From: an uncultured Clostridia bacterium
Lineage (GTDB): Bacteria; Bacillota; Clostridia; TANB77; CAG-508
Assembly (NCBI GenBank): GCA_904419495.1
Contig: CAJFRV010000003.1
Span: 5,178-69,177, forward strand
DNA: 64,000 nt
Direction of reading: 5' to 3'
This document shows, one piece after another, positions 61,949 through 64,000 of this stretch (the first letter of the stretch is position 1; each line of letters starts with the position of its first letter). The notes beneath the pieces are model-generated. The model saw nothing but the letters and a program-made list of their open reading frames with translations, ran no database searches and was not told the DNA's origin. The position numbers were made by a program, and so were the translations under genes.

Positions 61949-62941
61949 TTACACATTTATTAAATTTTCCAATATTTGTATAGCATTGCTTGCTGCACCT
62001 TTTCTCAAATTATCTGCTACAACCCATAAATTAAGACCATTTTTAACACTAAAATCTCTTCGAATTCTTCCAACAAAAACTTCATCATACCCATCAGCTT
62101 TTGTAGCAATTGGATAATAATTTTTTTCAATATCATCCACAACAATAATTCCGGGGAAGTTTTGCAGCAATTGTCTTACATCATATAATTCAAAATCTTT
62201 TTCGAATTCAATATTAATAGATTCACTATGGCAGTTCAAAACAGGAACACGAACAGTTGTAGCTGTGATAGGTAAATCAGGTTTATTCAAAATTTTTCTT
62301 GTTTCATTAATCATTTTATGTTCCTCTTTTGTATAACCATCATCCATAAATACATCAATATGAGGTAGACAGTTATTAAAAATAGGATAAGGAAATTTCT
62401 TAGGAGCAAATCCGTTCATTCCATTTTCCAAATCTTCAATGCCTTCTCTTCCAGCACCAGATACTGCTTGATAAGTAGAATATACAATTCTCTTTATTGT
62501 ATATTTATCATCTAAAGGTTTTAGGGGAACAACTGCTTGAATTGTTGAACAATTAGGATTGGCAATAATTCCTTTGTTCTTAAAAGCTTCTTTCATATTA
62601 ACTTCAGGAACAACTAAAGGAACATTTGTATCCATTCTATAAACACTGCTATTATCAATACATATACAATTGTTTTTAACTGCTATTGGTATATATTTTT
62701 TAGAAGTTTCACCTCCTGCACAAAAGATGGCATAATCAAATTTTTTGTCAAAAGAATGTTCATCTAATTCTTGAAGAATGTAATTCGTTCCTAGAAACTC
62801 AATTTTTTTACCAGCAGATTTTTTAGAACAGAATAAAGTGTATTCAATATTAGGTAGAGATTTTTCTTCTAAGACTTTTAAAGCAGTTCTTCCAACAACT
62901 CCACTGGCACCAACGATGGCTACTTTACATCTAGTTTTCAT
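61949..62941 (-). CDS. asd: aspartate-semialdehyde dehydrogenase
   Basis: VAIVGASGVVGR NAD(P) site, active-site NPNCSTIQ and SGAGREG. Confidence 0.92.
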   Translation of the reverse strand: MKTRCKVAIVGASGVVGRTALKVLEEKSLPNIEYTLFCSKKSAGKKIEFLGTNYILQELDEHSFDKKFDYAIFCAGGETSKKYIPIAVKNNCICIDNSSVYRMDTNVPLVVPEVNMKEAFKNKGIIANPNCSTIQAVVPLKPLDDKYTIKRIVYSTYQAVSGAGREGIEDLENGMNGFAPKKFPYPIFNNCLPHIDVFMDDGYTKEEHKMINETRKILNKPDLPITATTVRVPVLNCHSESINIEFEKDFELYDVRQLLQNFPGIIVVDDIEKNYYPIATKADGYDEVFVGRIRRDFSVKNGLNLWVVADNLRKGAASNAIQILENLINV

Positions 62942-63208
62942 ATAAAATTCCTCCTATAAAAGTATATGTATCATATATGATAAAAAGAATATAATTATAT
63001 TTTTTCTTAATTTATATACTTTTACAAATGAATTCTATCACAAAACTATAATAAGTGCAATTTTTCTAATAATTTTCAATGATTCAAAAATATGTAGTTA
63101 CATAAATAGTATCTTTAAAATTCTTAAGTATAAAAAGACTGATGGTTTAACACAAAATAAAAAAAAGAATACAATATATTAAACATAAAATGGAGGTGCT
63201 ATATGTAA

Positions 63209-63439
63209 ATGAAAGAAAAAACATTAAATGAATTAAAAATAGAAGAAATAGGTGTTGTTTATAGGATTATGGGAGAAGAAACCATAAAAAGAAGATTATT
63301 AGATTTAGGATTGATAGAAGGAACAAACATAAAACCAGTATTAGTTAGTCCATCAGGGGATCCAAGAGCTTTTGAATTTCGAGGAAGCCTAATTGCTATT
63401 CGAGAAGAAGATACTAAAAATATAAAGATAAAAATATAG
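63209..63439 (+). CDS. feoA: ferrous iron transport protein A
   Basis: 76-aa SH3-like FeoA with LNELKIEEIGVVYRI, RRLLDLGLIEGTNI and FEFRGSLIAIREED. Confidence 0.88.
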   Translation: MKEKTLNELKIEEIGVVYRIMGEETIKRRLLDLGLIEGTNIKPVLVSPSGDPRAFEFRGSLIAIREEDTKNIKIKI

Positions 63440-63570
63440 TATAGTGATTGTCTGATAGTTTAAATATGATAGAAAATAAAATTTTTAATATAAAAAAATG
63501 GTAACAAAAACAGGAAAATTTATATACAATACAATAGAAACAATAACAAAAGAAAATAAAGGAGGATTTT

Positions 63571-64000
63571 ATGAATAAAACAGAAACATTATCTATAAAG
63601 CAAAAGGAGATGAAATGTAAAGCAGACTATACAGTTGCATTGGCAGGAAATCCAAATGTTGGAAAATCTACCATATTTAATAATCTAACAGGAATGAATC
63701 AACATACTGGTAATTGGACAGGAAAAACAGTTGCAAATGCAACGGGAAAATTCGAGTATAGAGGGGAACAATATGAACTTGTAGATATCCCCGGTACATA
63801 TTCAATAATGTCGCATTCTGAAGAAGAAGAAATAGCAAGAAATTATATTTGTTTTGGAAATCCAGATAGCACAATTGTTGTGGTTGATGCAACATCGCTA
63901 GAAAGAAATTTGAATCTTGTATTACAAATAACAGAAATTACAGATAATCTAATTATTTGTGTCAATTTATTAGATGAAGCAAAAAAGAAGAAAATAAAGA
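63571..64000 (+). CDS. feoB: ferrous iron transporter FeoB, N-terminal GTPase domain (truncated by the window end)
   Basis: ATG 63571 behind AAAGGAGG. G1 motif [13 protein letters not shown] and G3 motif DIPGTYS. The frame stays open to the last base, and the ORF is not in the supplied track. Confidence 0.88.
   Translation, partial: MNKTETLSIKQKEMKCKADYTVALAGNPNVGKSTIFNNLTGMNQHTGNWTGKTVANATGKFEYRGEQYELVDIPGTYSIMSHSEEEEIARNYICFGNPDSTIVVVDATSLERNLNLVLQITEITDNLIICVNLLDEAKKKKIK

Noticed and set aside
62942-63208. Fur box upstream of feoA
   Set aside because: The best candidate (attttcaatgattca, around 63073-63087) matches the 7-1-7 TGATAAT-N-ATTATCA consensus at only a few positions. In this AT-rich context that is not convincing.
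1-64000. Possibility of a non-standard genetic code or recoding, given the very low GC content and the split genes
   Set aside because: Full-length homologues terminate at TAA, TAG and TGA where expected, and Trp is encoded by TGG. The two split genes (spoVAE, glf) need a frame change rather than stop-codon read-through.

Overview
This is a 64-kb chromosomal segment from a very AT-rich, Clostridia-like Firmicute. The gene content includes spoVAC/AD/AE, WhiA, a dockerin, LCP and CpsBCD-type regulators. The standard genetic code fits, and nearly all genes are on the + strand. Layout: (1) 0.3-16.2 kb holds housekeeping genes: folD, dprA, hemolysin III, prmC, whiA, hemW, an orphan amidoligase, infC-rpmI-rplT with an attenuator leader, a 903-aa surface cysteine protease, a minus-strand spoVA operon and rsmB. 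(2) 16.4-26.1 kb holds a complete 11-gene type IV pilus cluster. All four of its pilin-like proteins lack the usual F+1/E+5 signature, and its prepilin peptidase looks divergent. (3) 26.5-41.3 kb holds glk, a lone transketolase C-subunit, ftsEX followed by three tandem coiled-coil M23 peptidases and ctpA, then pgsA, greA, deoD and argS. (4) 41.4-59.9 kb holds a Wzy-dependent exopolysaccharide locus. It includes UDP-glucose dehydrogenase, a eukaryote-like glucuronyl C5-epimerase homologue, a GT2-GT4 fusion with an A11 tract at the domain junction, a frameshifted glf, a beta-helix/dockerin protein and Wzz/BY-kinase/PHP-phosphatase genes. (5) The window ends with glmM, asd and feoAB (feoB truncated by the window end). 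Non-coding content includes a roughly 200-nt rod-like sRNA candidate upstream of prmC and two large perfect-inverted-repeat (MITE-like) elements. There is also a ~50-nt interspersed repeat with 3 full copies and 1 partial copy, and a 130-bp-period duplicated hairpin motif with compensatory changes upstream of greA. Two genes (spoVAE, glf) carry single-base frameshifts. I recognised no rRNA, tRNA, CRISPR array, transposase, integrase or known defence gene. All functional calls come from reading the translations and sequence by eye; no database search was run.
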